Source: Rebecca billardiae RCC1528 | Taxonomy: Eukaryota > Protista > Haptophyta | Reading direction: 5' to 3' | Length of the DNA: 64,000 nucleotides | Assembly (NCBI GenBank): GCA_965240325.2 | Contig: OZ251224.1 | Coordinates: forward strand, 1,240,001 to 1,304,000 | Shown here: positions 30,075 to 39,559 of the stretch, in pieces | Layout: the number at the start of each line of letters is the position of its first letter | How positions within the stretch are numbered: the first letter of the stretch is position 1 | Notes under the pieces: model-generated | What the model saw: the letters and a program-made list of their open reading frames with translations, nothing else | What the model was told of the DNA's origin: nothing | Database searches by the model: none | Position numbers and translations under genes: made by a program

Positions 30075-32225
30075 ATGGCGAGCATCTTCGGCCTAGTTTC
30101 ATCATCATCATCATCAATCAGCTGGAGTGGCGAGGTGCTCACGTACCCAGCAAGCTCGTCTATAACTATCAATTTCGTTCCGCCACTGCCCGATGCCGAC
30201 CTGAAAATACGGGTTTCCCATCCCAGGCATGTATTCACTGTGACGAGCGCGAGCATAACTCCATCGAGCGCCACTGTAGTCTGGACAGCAGACAATTATG
30301 AGAAGGTCGTGAATCGCCAATATGATCATGAGTATAAGCCCTATTTCAGCGTATATTCTGGTGATACTCTACTGACCAGCTTTGATCACACGGGTACGCT
30401 ATATCATGGATCGATCGAGTCTGGCAATCTGATTACCCAGTCCATTCTCACTGGCCCCACAGTGGCTCATTTCCCGCTGACCGCAGACCTGGTTGATACC
30501 ACTCCCCGCGCTCAGAGCCTCGTGCCGGCTGGCACGTTTGCCTTTGCTGAAGACTCCGCGCGCTCAACGGCCAATGCGAGCACGCTCACGCTCCAGACAC
30601 CGGGGCACGACTGGCGGGATTTTAGTGCGGCTTTTTTCCTGAAGGGCTGCCCAGGCCTGAGTAAGCTCTCACTAGGCGGTGGGCTCTCGTACGCGAGCGC
30701 TGAGCTTGACTCGAACATCATCGCTAGTAGCAGTGTCGGCTTTGTAGACGACGTGAGCCAGCTGGTTCAGGAGACAAGCGGTGTCTGGACACACTTTGTC
30801 ATCTCGCAGGAAACCACGTCTTTTGAGGCGAATATCGAGATCTATGCGGACCAAACGCTCCTCCACTCTCGCACTATTGGCCAACAAACGGACCCGGATT
30901 TCAAGCGGATTTCGCTCTACTACCCACTCGTCGCCACGCTTGACGACCAGGCTGCGCTCGCGCAGCTGAGCATATATCCATACGCTCTCGATGCGGCCGG
31001 CCGCCTGGCGCACGCGCAGTCGTGGCCTGGGTATGTCCTGCGGTACACATGGCTGCTCGATGGAGACTTGCTCGAGGTGGACGGTGCCGCCGCCGCGCTG
31101 CAGCCCACAAATGGCGATTATGTGATGACGAGCGGTTACCTAGAGATGCAAAATACTAGTACATTGCATCTCGGTCTGAATGAAATGCCCGACATGCAGG
31201 GCAGCGAGCGCTTCTCGCTTGCGGCATGGACCTACCGCCCGAATAACACCGATGCCGTTCGCATGTGGCTCCTCGAGGATGGCGTCACCGACTTCACTTT
31301 CGAGATCATCGGTGGCCAGCTGCGCTCTGAGCTGGGCGCGACAGCGTTTCAGGACTTGGCAGGACCGGCACATGGAGAGTGGCACCACATTGCGCAAACA
31401 GTGGATGGCACCACGTCCAAAGTGTACATCGATGGTGTGCTGGTGAGTACTACCACGCTACCAGCCAGCTTCACCCCGCTGCTCAGCATCATCGGGCACA
31501 GAACCGCGCCTATGACCGCAGGCGTGCGACTGTATGCCATGACAATCGCGCGCGGGATCATCGATGTGCCGACGGTGATGAATTTGTACTCGCCGCTGCC
31601 AAGCGGCGTTCATATGCTGGCAAGTGCCGCATACTTTGGCAGCGTGGTCGACGAGACTGGTAATGAGCCCGATCTCGTGCTCACGAATGTCTCGACTGGC
31701 AGCGCGGATGGTCACGACTATTTTGAAGCCACCGCATCAGGCCCTGGGACTGCTGCAGTGCTCACCCCCACATCCGATTGGAGCGGCGATGTGGACCGCG
31801 CAGTTTCACTTTGGTATTCCTACAACACCGCGGTCGCGCAGTCGTGGTTGTGGTCATCAGGCCCGTATGATGACTATGCCAGCATGCGCGTGCGTGGAAC
31901 ATCCATCCGCGTCCAGGCGTCGACTACTGAAGATGCTGCTGTCACTCTCACCAGTGCTTGGGCACACATCGTGCTCAACATGCCTGCTACTGCCAATGGG
32001 AACATATCGATGTATGTGAATGGTGTGGCTGTCAGTGGATTCGGAATTACGCCCTCAGATCCTGCGCCCAACATGTCTTCGATGGCTCTGTTCCAGCCGA
32101 GTGATTATATCCATCATGCTACTGGAGGCAGAATATCATCGTTCCTCTTCTTCAACGGCAAGACGCTTTCCCAGGAAGAGGTTACCGAGCTGTATGCACT
32201 CAATGGCGCCAATCCGTTTGCATAA
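30075..32225 (+). CDS. LamG/concanavalin-A-like repeat protein (putative fibre or receptor-binding protein)
   Basis: FSLAAWTY...GEWHHIAQTVDGTTSKVYIDGVLV and VSLWY...WAHIVL...MYVNGV...LSQEEVTELY are LamG-3 motifs. Confidence 0.75.
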   Translation: MASIFGLVSSSSSSISWSGEVLTYPASSSITINFVPPLPDADLKIRVSHPRHVFTVTSASITPSSATVVWTADNYEKVVNRQYDHEYKPYFSVYSGDTLLTSFDHTGTLYHGSIESGNLITQSILTGPTVAHFPLTADLVDTTPRAQSLVPAGTFAFAEDSARSTANASTLTLQTPGHDWRDFSAAFFLKGCPGLSKLSLGGGLSYASAELDSNIIASSSVGFVDDVSQLVQETSGVWTHFVISQETTSFEANIEIYADQTLLHSRTIGQQTDPDFKRISLYYPLVATLDDQAALAQLSIYPYALDAAGRLAHAQSWPGYVLRYTWLLDGDLLEVDGAAAALQPTNGDYVMTSGYLEMQNTSTLHLGLNEMPDMQGSERFSLAAWTYRPNNTDAVRMWLLEDGVTDFTFEIIGGQLRSELGATAFQDLAGPAHGEWHHIAQTVDGTTSKVYIDGVLVSTTTLPASFTPLLSIIGHRTAPMTAGVRLYAMTIARGIIDVPTVMNLYSPLPSGVHMLASAAYFGSVVDETGNEPDLVLTNVSTGSADGHDYFEATASGPGTAAVLTPTSDWSGDVDRAVSLWYSYNTAVAQSWLWSSGPYDDYASMRVRGTSIRVQASTTEDAAVTLTSAWAHIVLNMPATANGNISMYVNGVAVSGFGITPSDPAPNMSSMALFQPSDYIHHATGGRISSFLFFNGKTLSQEEVTELYALNGANPFA

Positions 32226-32241
32226 AAATCATGTCATATAA

Positions 32242-32481
32242 ATGAAAGCTTCGACCCGCAAGGGTAAGCGATACGAGTACAAGGGTGTGCATTTTGGTGC
32301 CAAAGGCGGCAAGACGTATATAGACCATGGCGATGATGCCATCAAAAAGGCCTGGATCGCAAGGCATCGCGTGAATAAAAACTGGAACAACCCCAAATCT
32401 GGGATTTACTACAGCCGTCATTTGCTGTGGGGCCCGACACCGAGCCTGCAGAAAAACCTGGAGATACTACATGGACGATAG
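32242..32481 (+). CDS. Tlr6F-like (DUF5754-like) small protein
   Basis: STRKGKRY...VHFGAKGGKTYIDHGDD..KKAWIARH...YYSRHLLW, a pattern conserved in PLVs, virophages and NCLDVs. Confidence 0.75.
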   Translation: MKASTRKGKRYEYKGVHFGAKGGKTYIDHGDDAIKKAWIARHRVNKNWNNPKSGIYYSRHLLWGPTPSLQKNLEILHGR

Positions 32482-32784
32482 GCCGCCTCCATCGGCCGTC
32501 TTCAGCGCCGAGTGCGTGCTCAGCTGCATATCTGAATTGCTATCTTCCTTGTTTTGCCGAGGATGACGCTCGCGCCAGAGTGCCTGACGTTTCTTGAGCA
32601 GCTCCCGGTTGCATGCGATGCAGATCTTGGCCCGGTAAACACGCTTGTTCTTGCGACGATAGTTCATCTCGAGTGCGGGCACGTATTTCTCACATGCTTT
32701 ACAGTGGGCGTACAGGCCCTTGAGCTCGGCTGGATTCTCCGGGCCCATGCGACCATCCTCGACGGTCGTGAAGGTGGTCTTCAT
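32467..32784 (-). CDS. Small C4 zinc-ribbon protein
   Basis: CKAC...CIAC followed by a basic helix. ATG 32784 is preceded by the shared AAATAATTTCTGC motif. Confidence 0.6.
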   Translation of the reverse strand: MKTTFTTVEDGRMGPENPAELKGLYAHCKACEKYVPALEMNYRRKNKRVYRAKICIACNRELLKKRQALWRERHPRQNKEDSNSDMQLSTHSALKTADGGGLSSM

Positions 32785-32858
32785 ACTTAACACACCGCAG
32801 AAATTATTTAGCCACCGACCACCCGCTCGCCACTATGGCGGTTGGGTGGTGGCTGGCC

Positions 32859-33103
32859 TCGTAGCGCGCAGTGTATCGAAGTGGCGTCTAAATTTTCGCT
32901 TGTGAAAGCATGGTTTTCAGCGCGAAAATCACCGGCATTTGCCAGTCTCGTTTCGGGTGGCAAACACCGGTGATTTCGGAGGGGCGGGAGGGATGGAGGG
33001 TGTGCGCGGATGCGCGAAAATGACCTGCGAGTGCCGGCCATTTTGTGACGGCGCGGCGGCCGGGGGTAAACTGTCCTGGTGAGTAGGTAATACCCTCTCT
33101 CTC
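32859..33103 (-). repeat. Right terminal inverted repeat (245 bp)
   Basis: Reverse complement of 19370-19614. Confidence 0.95.
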
Positions 33104-33423
33104 GACTGGTTGGTTGGGGGCTGGCCAGGGTACTGTGTGTGCACGTTAAAACATAGTAAACTGTAGGGCTGGAGGCTTCGGCCACCAGTCTGATCACCCG
33201 GAGCCCGTTATAAAGGGGAATTAAAAAAGGCTTCGTCGTCGTCATTTAAATACTATATCTCAGCAGTAAAACCGCCTGACTTTTTTTAATAAATTCCCCT
33301 ATAACGGGCTCCGGGTGATCAGACTGGCGGCCGAAGCCTCCAGCCCTACCCTGGCCAGCCCCCAACCAACCACCACCCTCACCCAACCTCAAACCACTGA
33401 CCGAGACACCTAGTGCCTTGACA
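33104..33423. mobile_element. Remainder of the foldback/MITE element (rest of left arm plus inverted right arm)
   Basis: 33163-33222 tagggctggaggcttcggccaccagtctgatcacccggagcccgttataaaggggaatt is inverted at ~33292-33349. The right arm ends ...aaaccactgaccg at 33403. Confidence 0.75.
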
Positions 33424-33942
33424 CCACTCCACTGCAGACAGCTTCGTGAGTCAGCTTCCGATGATTAGACTGAATATCTGCGAGACTGCTGGGCACTGTC
33501 TGTCAGTCAGTCGGCAATATAAAGTTTGACACTCGACAGGACAGGCGAGGCTGGCGGTGAGGGGGAAGGGCCAATGTCACCGCTGCTGTCGTCTGCTATT
33601 AGCTCACTCTGCTATGAGGTACTATGGCATGCCGCTGGCTGCTACTAAGTGAGTTACGGTATGAGTTATTGAGTATCAGTATAGTCTTAAGTACTCTAAC
33701 GCGGGGCTCGGACGGGCCGGCCGTAACCGTCTAGGCGAATTAAACTAAGTGCCGCGCTGCTACCGTTGTTAGATCAGCAATAGTACTCGGGTGATGGCCA
33801 CTGCCTCTCCGGTCTCCCATCTCCAAGTTGGCGCACCGCGCGCGGCCTCCGGCTCTCTCTGGGCTGCCTGCATGAGGCGAGTGCTGTGCTGCGGCCCGCC
33901 GGCATCGGCGCAGCTTGTGCCGGCACGATGACGCGCTGGCGC

Positions 33943-34563
33943 TCAGCCAGGAAGGACGCGGACGTAGTGATTCAGCTCAATACAAGGCGGGACTGCCACC
34001 TGCTTTACAGCATGCACCTCAGCGCCTTGCTGGTCTCTGGCGGCGGATGTGGGATGATCGTGGACCCACTTGGCCGTGACCGCGAGGTCGTCGCTCTTTG
34101 TCAAGGCATCCGCGTCGGAGCAGTGCAACAGGATGGCAAACGTTGTGTCCACCGGCACGGTAGGTAGGCGCTGGTCCAGTTGCGCAATCTGCGCGAGGGA
34201 TGCGCGGAGGCCTCGCTCCAGCTGGTCGAGCTCGTCGTCCGTCACCGAATTGCCAAGCGACGCTGCTCGGCGCTTGACCTCGAAGATGTGCTGCTCAAAG
34301 GGTCGGGGCTCGGCGCTCGGGAGGTCATGCGATCGTGCCAGCAGCTCGAGAACGATGCCATCAACGATCCCCATGCGCATGGCCTCGCCGACGCTGGCTA
34401 CTGCCTTGCGCAGGTACGCGGTAAGTGCCGGGTGGCGCGACACGCGCACAGGCAGGTTGAGGAACTTTCTCGTCTCGAAGACCTCGGCCGGATACACGCC
34501 GCGTACATGCAATGTCGCGTTCAGCGCGGCGTCTAGGTACGACATGAGCAGCTCATCCGCCAT
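33943..34563 (-). CDS. REV7: HORMA-domain protein REV7/MAD2L2
   Basis: LHVRGVYPAEVFETRKFLNLPVRVSRHPALTAYL...FEQHIFEV...LRASLAQIAQLDQRLP...TFAILLH. Confidence 0.85.
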   Translation of the reverse strand: MADELLMSYLDAALNATLHVRGVYPAEVFETRKFLNLPVRVSRHPALTAYLRKAVASVGEAMRMGIVDGIVLELLARSHDLPSAEPRPFEQHIFEVKRRAASLGNSVTDDELDQLERGLRASLAQIAQLDQRLPTVPVDTTFAILLHCSDADALTKSDDLAVTAKWVHDHPTSAARDQQGAEVHAVKQVAVPPCIELNHYVRVLPG

Positions 34564-34837
34564 CTCGGACTTCAACCCGCCGCGAGCCCCGTGACGCCGT
34601 CCGCAACGATGCGGCCGCGTAGAGCGCAGCAGTGGAAAAGCCCGTTGGCCACGCCTCCAGCAGCAGGCCGGCCGAGGGATTGCGCGCCCGCCCTCGGTCG
34701 GAGCCCAGGACCGCGCGGACGATGATGAGAAAAAACGACGACTAAAAAAGGCGTGGCGTTCGTGAGTCCGATTTGCCCTAATAGTTTGTTATTTGGCGCT
34801 TGTCCGGCCGGGGCGGCCCTCAGCCGCGCGGATTCCC

Positions 34838-37800
34838 ATGGCGGGCGGCGTGAGTGCGCCGTCGACGCCTGCAAGAGCGGATGAGCCGCCATCGGCCAGG
34901 CCGGGCCCGTTGACCCGGCTGGCGTCCGTCGGCTCGATCATCGATGGGTCGAGCAAGGCCAACCGGAAGTACGGGCGCATGCCGTCGGAGGGGGACCTGG
35001 GCAATGCCCAGTCAGTCGCGGAGCACGTGCGCGCCGTGAACCGCATCGCATCGGTGTGGCGTGCCTTCCTCGCATGCCGTCGGGTGGAGGCGATACTCTT
35101 GGAGAGCTACCAGCCGCGCAACTTTCACCTCAAGGGTTCTGACGAGTCGGCCGACTTTGGCTTGATCGCGTTCGAGTCCCACGCCTCGCGCGAGGCCGCG
35201 CCGTACATACGCGTATCGGACGAGAGCAAGATCGACAAGGTCGTGGGCTTGGTGCGCACGGCGTGGGATGTGCGCGACGCGCAGGTCGTGATCTCGCTGA
35301 CCGGTGGCGCGCAGGACCTGAAGCTCAAGCCGCACGTGCACGACGTCTTCAACCGCGGCCTGGTGCGCGCCGCGCAGCAGACAAACGCGTGGATCGTGAC
35401 GGGCGGCACGGACACGGGCGTGATGAAGCTGGTGGGCGAGGCGCTGCGCGACTACCAGGCGGACGTGCCGTGCATCGGCGTGACGACGTGGGGCGTGGTC
35501 CACGGCCGCGAGCAGCTCGCGAACAACCGTGGCAAGGAGCAGTTCTACCGGCCGATCAAGGTGAACGACGGCTCGGGCGCCGGGCTCGAGCCCAACCACA
35601 CGCACTTCCTGCTCGTGGACACGGGCAAGGAGGGCCAGCGCGCGTGGGGCGGCGAGATCAAGTTCCGCACGGACTTCGAGCAGCACTACTGCCAGCGGTA
35701 CAAGGTGCCGATGGTGCTCGTCGTCGTCGGCGGCAGCTTCGGCACGCTGCAGACGATCGAGCGCGCCGCGGAGAACGAGGTGCCGATCGTGCTCATCTCC
35801 GACTCGGGCGGCGCGCCCGCGACGCTCAGCACGTACATGAAGCTCGGCCGGCTCGAGCTCGACCCGTCGGGGGAGCGCGGGCTCAAGCCGCCCAAGTCGG
35901 ACGAGGAGCGCGCCAAGCTCGAGGCGCAGGTGCAGCGCATCCTCAGCCTGCACGAGAAGCACAAGGTGCTCACCTCGTTCACGACGCGGCAGGGCGAGAC
36001 GCGCAACCTCGACCTGGTGCTGCTCAAGGCGATGCTCTTCGACACGGAGGGCGGGCTGCGGCAGACGAACCTGAAGGAGTCGAAGAAGATGCTGCACCTC
36101 GCGATCGACTGGGGGCGCATCGAGGTCGTCTCGCAGTGGATCGAGAAGAGCGCGGCGATGTACGCGAGCCTCGTCGTGCCCGCCGGCTCGCCGATGAAGT
36201 CGCCCGCGCCCGCCGTGCGCGAGCGGCACGCGTTCGAGCTGCAGCGCCACGCCTCGTCCACGCGCCGCATGTACGACGCGGCGCTGCACACGAAGCAGCA
36301 GCTGGGCAACGAGCTGCAGCAGGCGCTGCAGGAGGCGCTGTACATCGCGCTCAAGCACCGCAAGGCGCCCATCGTCGACCTGCTCCTCAAGGCCAACCTG
36401 CAGGCGGCAGACGTGCCGCTGCTCAACCTGTACCACGACACGCTCGAGACGCTGCACATCTTCGAGGCGGACCTGCAGACGATGCGGATCGCGCTGACGC
36501 GCTGGGCGGAGGCGGACGCGGACACGAACTGGGAGAGGCTGCGCAAGGAGCTCGCGGCGTCCGCGCCCGGCTTCAAGCTCTCGCCGCAGGCGGTGCTCGC
36601 GAAGCTCGGCCGCCACTTCAGCGGGTCGAGCGGCATGAACGGCGTGGCGTCGGGCGCCGCCGCGGCCGCGCCCACGCCCTCGGGCTCGCTTCGCAAGGTG
36701 CAGCTCCCGGCCGATCACGACGTCGGCGCGGACGGCGCCTCGCGGAAGGCCTCGCTCGAGCCGATCGACGCGGCCGAGCGCAAAGGCAGCGTCTTCCGCG
36801 CGCGCGCTCGCGCGAGCCGCCACCAGGCGCGCGCGCAGGCCCTGTACAGCGAGGTTGTGATCCCATGGCTCACGAGCACGTGCCAGCTCGAGCCGCTGGA
36901 CGAGCTGTGGCGCGCGCAGCTGCTGCGCGCGTGGACGGTGGACGACGTGATGTACTGGGCGGTGCTGATGGCGGACGAGGCGCTCGTGCGCGTGCTGTGG
37001 ACGCACGTCGACGAGCCCATCCGGATGGCGCTCGCCGCGAGCAACATGACGTCCAAGCTCGCCAGCCTCGCGCGCTTTGACCGGCAGCGCTTCCTCGATC
37101 TCGCGCACACGTACGAGCGCTGGGCGACGGGCGTGCTTGACCAGGCGACGAACGAGCTCGAGGCGCGCTGGCTGCTGCAGCAGCCGTTCAACACGTGGGT
37201 GCGCGGGCGGACGGACGGCACGCTGGTCACCGCGGCGATCCGCACGCAGCGCAAGGCCTTCCTCGCGCACGCGCACACGCAGTCGCTGCTCGACGCGTGG
37301 TGGCGCGGCGACATTGTCGCGCACTTTGAGCCCGCGCTCGGCCGGGGCAAGTACTGCCTCTCGTCGAGAGAGCCGCACGCGCTGCTCGTGCTCGCGCACG
37401 CGCTGAGCTTCGCGCTGCTGCCGCTCGTCGAGATGGAGCCGACGCTCGCGGCGAAGCACTCGGTGCACATCGAGCGCTCGCGCCGCTCGCTCGAGGGCCG
37501 CAAGACTCAGCTGGGGCGCCGGCCGACGCGGCTCGAGCGCGGCGGCAAGGCGGAGGCGTCGGCGTTCATGTTCCGCCAGCTGCAGTTCGCCGAGGGGATG
37601 GCGGGCGGCTGGCGGCACATGGCCCTCGACTTCTACTCCGCGCCGAAGACCAAGTTCTGGCTGCGCGTCTCGAGCTACGTCGTGTTCCTCGTCCTGTACG
37701 CGACCGTGCTGCTGATGGACGACGGCACGCCCGACGTGTCCGGCTGCGAGGCGGTGTTCAGCGTGTGGGTGTTCGGGCTCGCGGTGGACGAGCTCTTCCA

Positions 37801-39559
37801 GTTCGTGACCAACCGCCGGCTGCACCGCTCGCACTTCGAGGACATCTGGAACTACCTCGACTTCGCGATGCTCTTCCTCGTGTTCCCGATCGTCTGGCTG
37901 CTGCGGATGGTCGCGCTCGCGACGTGCTGCAGCACGCCCTCGCGCGCCATCGAGCTCGACGGCGGCGGGATCTCGCTCGAGCCGGGCGGCGACTGCGTGT
38001 GCATGCTGCTCTCGCGCGCGCGCACGATGCTCGCCGCCAACGCGGTGCTCAGCTTCTTCCGCTTCCTCGCCAACTTCAAGGTGCACCCGCGGCTGGGCGT
38101 GCTGATCCACGTGATCACCGAGATCCAGAAGGACGTGGGCGTCTTCTTCGCCATCCTCTTCTTCGTCGTGATGGGCTTCGCGTTCGCGTTCTCGGGGCTG
38201 GCGCCGCCGCGCCGCTTCTACGTGCACGGCGACTCGTCGAGCCCGCTGCTCATCCCGATCTGGAACCTCTTCGACCTGAGCGACGTGTCGGACGTGACGC
38301 AGGAGTCGGAGTCGCCCGTGCTCGGCATGACGCTGCTCGCCACGTACCTCTTCCTCTCGCAGATCCTGCTCGTCAACCTGCTGATCGCGATGATGAACAC
38401 GTCGTACGCGGAGGCGCACAAGAACGCGGAGCAGGAGTGGGCGTCGTCGCGCGCGTCGAGCATCGAGGAGCTGCTCGTGCTCTCGCCGCTGCCGCCGCCG
38501 ATCTCGGCGCCGTGGCTGCTGTACGAGCTCGTGCGCTCGACGCGGCCGCCGCTCCCGCGGATCACGCGGCGCGCCTCGTCGAGCGCCTCTGAGCACGGCT
38601 CGAGGCACGCCGTCAAGAAGCGGCGGAACATCAAGCTGCTGCACGAGTACCTCGAGCAGCGCCTCTCGACAGAGAACGAGTCGGTCGAGTCGCGCGTGCG
38701 CGTGCTGCGCGACGAGATCGACCGGCTGACAAACATGGTGGAGACGGCGAGCGCTGACCGCGCAGAGTCCAAGTCGATCCTCGACAAGCTCCTCACCGAG
38801 CGCGCCGAGACCACCGAGGCGGTGGCGAAGCTCGAGCGCACGCTGGAGCAGCTGGCGGGGCTGGTCGAGGGCATGCCGCAGCGCGCGCCCGCGGGGGCCG
38901 CGCACAGGCCGCCGCCGCGCCCGCCGCCGAGCGCGGTGCCGAGCCAAGCCGCAGAGCCGCGCATCGCCGTCTCGCCGCCGACCATCGACAGCGCCGGCCG
39001 CGCGCGCCGCCCAAGCAGATTGCGCCGACCGCTCGGGCCGAGCCCCCTGCCGGACCTCGAGCTGGAGAGCATCGGGCCCGGCGAGCCGGCCGTGCCCGCG
39101 CACCCTGAGCAGGACGCTGCGACCGCGCCCCCGCACGAGCGGGTGGCGGCGGCGACCCGGCCGAGCGCGGCCGCGCAGCGCTGTCACAGCGCGCAGAGCG
39201 CGCCACTCGAGGGCCAAGCCGCGGCGCCACCGGCCGAGCGGGCGGCAGAGGGGGCGTCGGTGACCGGAGCGAGCGCCGACGGCAGACTCGACGTGCCAGT
39301 GACGCTGTACGCGCCGCGAGCGGGCGCGACATCCGCGTCGGCGCGGCTGGACAAGCTCGCGGCACAGCGCGAGCGCATCGCTGCGGCAGCGGCGAACGGC
39401 CAGCGGCTCGCACAAGCTGCGAGGCGGTCACCCGCGGCCCCGTTACCGCCGCCAGGAGCCGAGGCGACCGCAGCTGGTGCGCCCCGCAATGGTAGTGCTG
39501 CTGACCCTCCCCCGGAAAGGAGCAGCAGCATTGTCCGCGATGACGTGTTGCTCATGTGA
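34838..39559 (+). CDS. TRPM-like cation channel with SLOG (MHR1/2) domain, paralog 1
   Basis: ISLTGGA, AWIVTGGTDTGVMKLVGEA, LEPNHTHFLLVD, FYSAPKTKFW, six TM segments, ILLVNLLIAMMNTSY, a TRP-box W, LPPPIS and a coiled coil. IQ-like RIASVWRAFLACRR near the N-terminus. No NUDT9-H domain seen. Confidence 0.92.
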   Translation: MAGGVSAPSTPARADEPPSARPGPLTRLASVGSIIDGSSKANRKYGRMPSEGDLGNAQSVAEHVRAVNRIASVWRAFLACRRVEAILLESYQPRNFHLKGSDESADFGLIAFESHASREAAPYIRVSDESKIDKVVGLVRTAWDVRDAQVVISLTGGAQDLKLKPHVHDVFNRGLVRAAQQTNAWIVTGGTDTGVMKLVGEALRDYQADVPCIGVTTWGVVHGREQLANNRGKEQFYRPIKVNDGSGAGLEPNHTHFLLVDTGKEGQRAWGGEIKFRTDFEQHYCQRYKVPMVLVVVGGSFGTLQTIERAAENEVPIVLISDSGGAPATLSTYMKLGRLELDPSGERGLKPPKSDEERAKLEAQVQRILSLHEKHKVLTSFTTRQGETRNLDLVLLKAMLFDTEGGLRQTNLKESKKMLHLAIDWGRIEVVSQWIEKSAAMYASLVVPAGSPMKSPAPAVRERHAFELQRHASSTRRMYDAALHTKQQLGNELQQALQEALYIALKHRKAPIVDLLLKANLQAADVPLLNLYHDTLETLHIFEADLQTMRIALTRWAEADADTNWERLRKELAASAPGFKLSPQAVLAKLGRHFSGSSGMNGVASGAAAAAPTPSGSLRKVQLPADHDVGADGASRKASLEPIDAAERKGSVFRARARASRHQARAQALYSEVVIPWLTSTCQLEPLDELWRAQLLRAWTVDDVMYWAVLMADEALVRVLWTHVDEPIRMALAASNMTSKLASLARFDRQRFLDLAHTYERWATGVLDQATNELEARWLLQQPFNTWVRGRTDGTLVTAAIRTQRKAFLAHAHTQSLLDAWWRGDIVAHFEPALGRGKYCLSSREPHALLVLAHALSFALLPLVEMEPTLAAKHSVHIERSRRSLEGRKTQLGRRPTRLERGGKAEASAFMFRQLQFAEGMAGGWRHMALDFYSAPKTKFWLRVSSYVVFLVLYATVLLMDDGTPDVSGCEAVFSVWVFGLAVDELFQFVTNRRLHRSHFEDIWNYLDFAMLFLVFPIVWLLRMVALATCCSTPSRAIELDGGGISLEPGGDCVCMLLSRARTMLAANAVLSFFRFLANFKVHPRLGVLIHVITEIQKDVGVFFAILFFVVMGFAFAFSGLAPPRRFYVHGDSSSPLLIPIWNLFDLSDVSDVTQESESPVLGMTLLATYLFLSQILLVNLLIAMMNTSYAEAHKNAEQEWASSRASSIEELLVLSPLPPPISAPWLLYELVRSTRPPLPRITRRASSSASEHGSRHAVKKRRNIKLLHEYLEQRLSTENESVESRVRVLRDEIDRLTNMVETASADRAESKSILDKLLTERAETTEAVAKLERTLEQLAGLVEGMPQRAPAGAAHRPPPRPPPSAVPSQAAEPRIAVSPPTIDSAGRARRPSRLRRPLGPSPLPDLELESIGPGEPAVPAHPEQDAATAPPHERVAAATRPSAAAQRCHSAQSAPLEGQAAAPPAERAAEGASVTGASADGRLDVPVTLYAPRAGATSASARLDKLAAQRERIAAAAANGQRLAQAARRSPAAPLPPPGAEATAAGAPRNGSAADPPPERSSSIVRDDVLLM

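Larger units (their letters stand above)
19370..33103. mobile_element. Endogenous Polinton-like virus (PLV), ~13.7 kb, apparently intact
   Basis: 245-bp TIRs with (GA)n/(TC)n termini. Intronless, compact genes for pPolB, A32-like ATPase, penton, DJR major capsid, lipase, GIY-YIG-like, LamG and Tlr6F-like proteins. GC content is visibly lower than in host genes. Confidence 0.92.

Noticed and set aside
19311-33403. Outer cggtcagtggttt...aaaccactgaccg inverted pair as the true PLV termini
   Set aside because: The sequence belongs to a repeat also present at 40104, there is no TSD, and the perfect 245-bp AG-terminated TIRs lie inside it. Kept only as the composite-element hypothesis.
35012-39415. 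Long antisense and alternate-frame ORFs (e.g. 35012-39415, 10005-13112, 55314-59012, 46270-48510)
   Set aside because: Expected artefacts of very high GC and codon bias. They are Arg/Ala-rich with no motifs and overlap well-supported genes.
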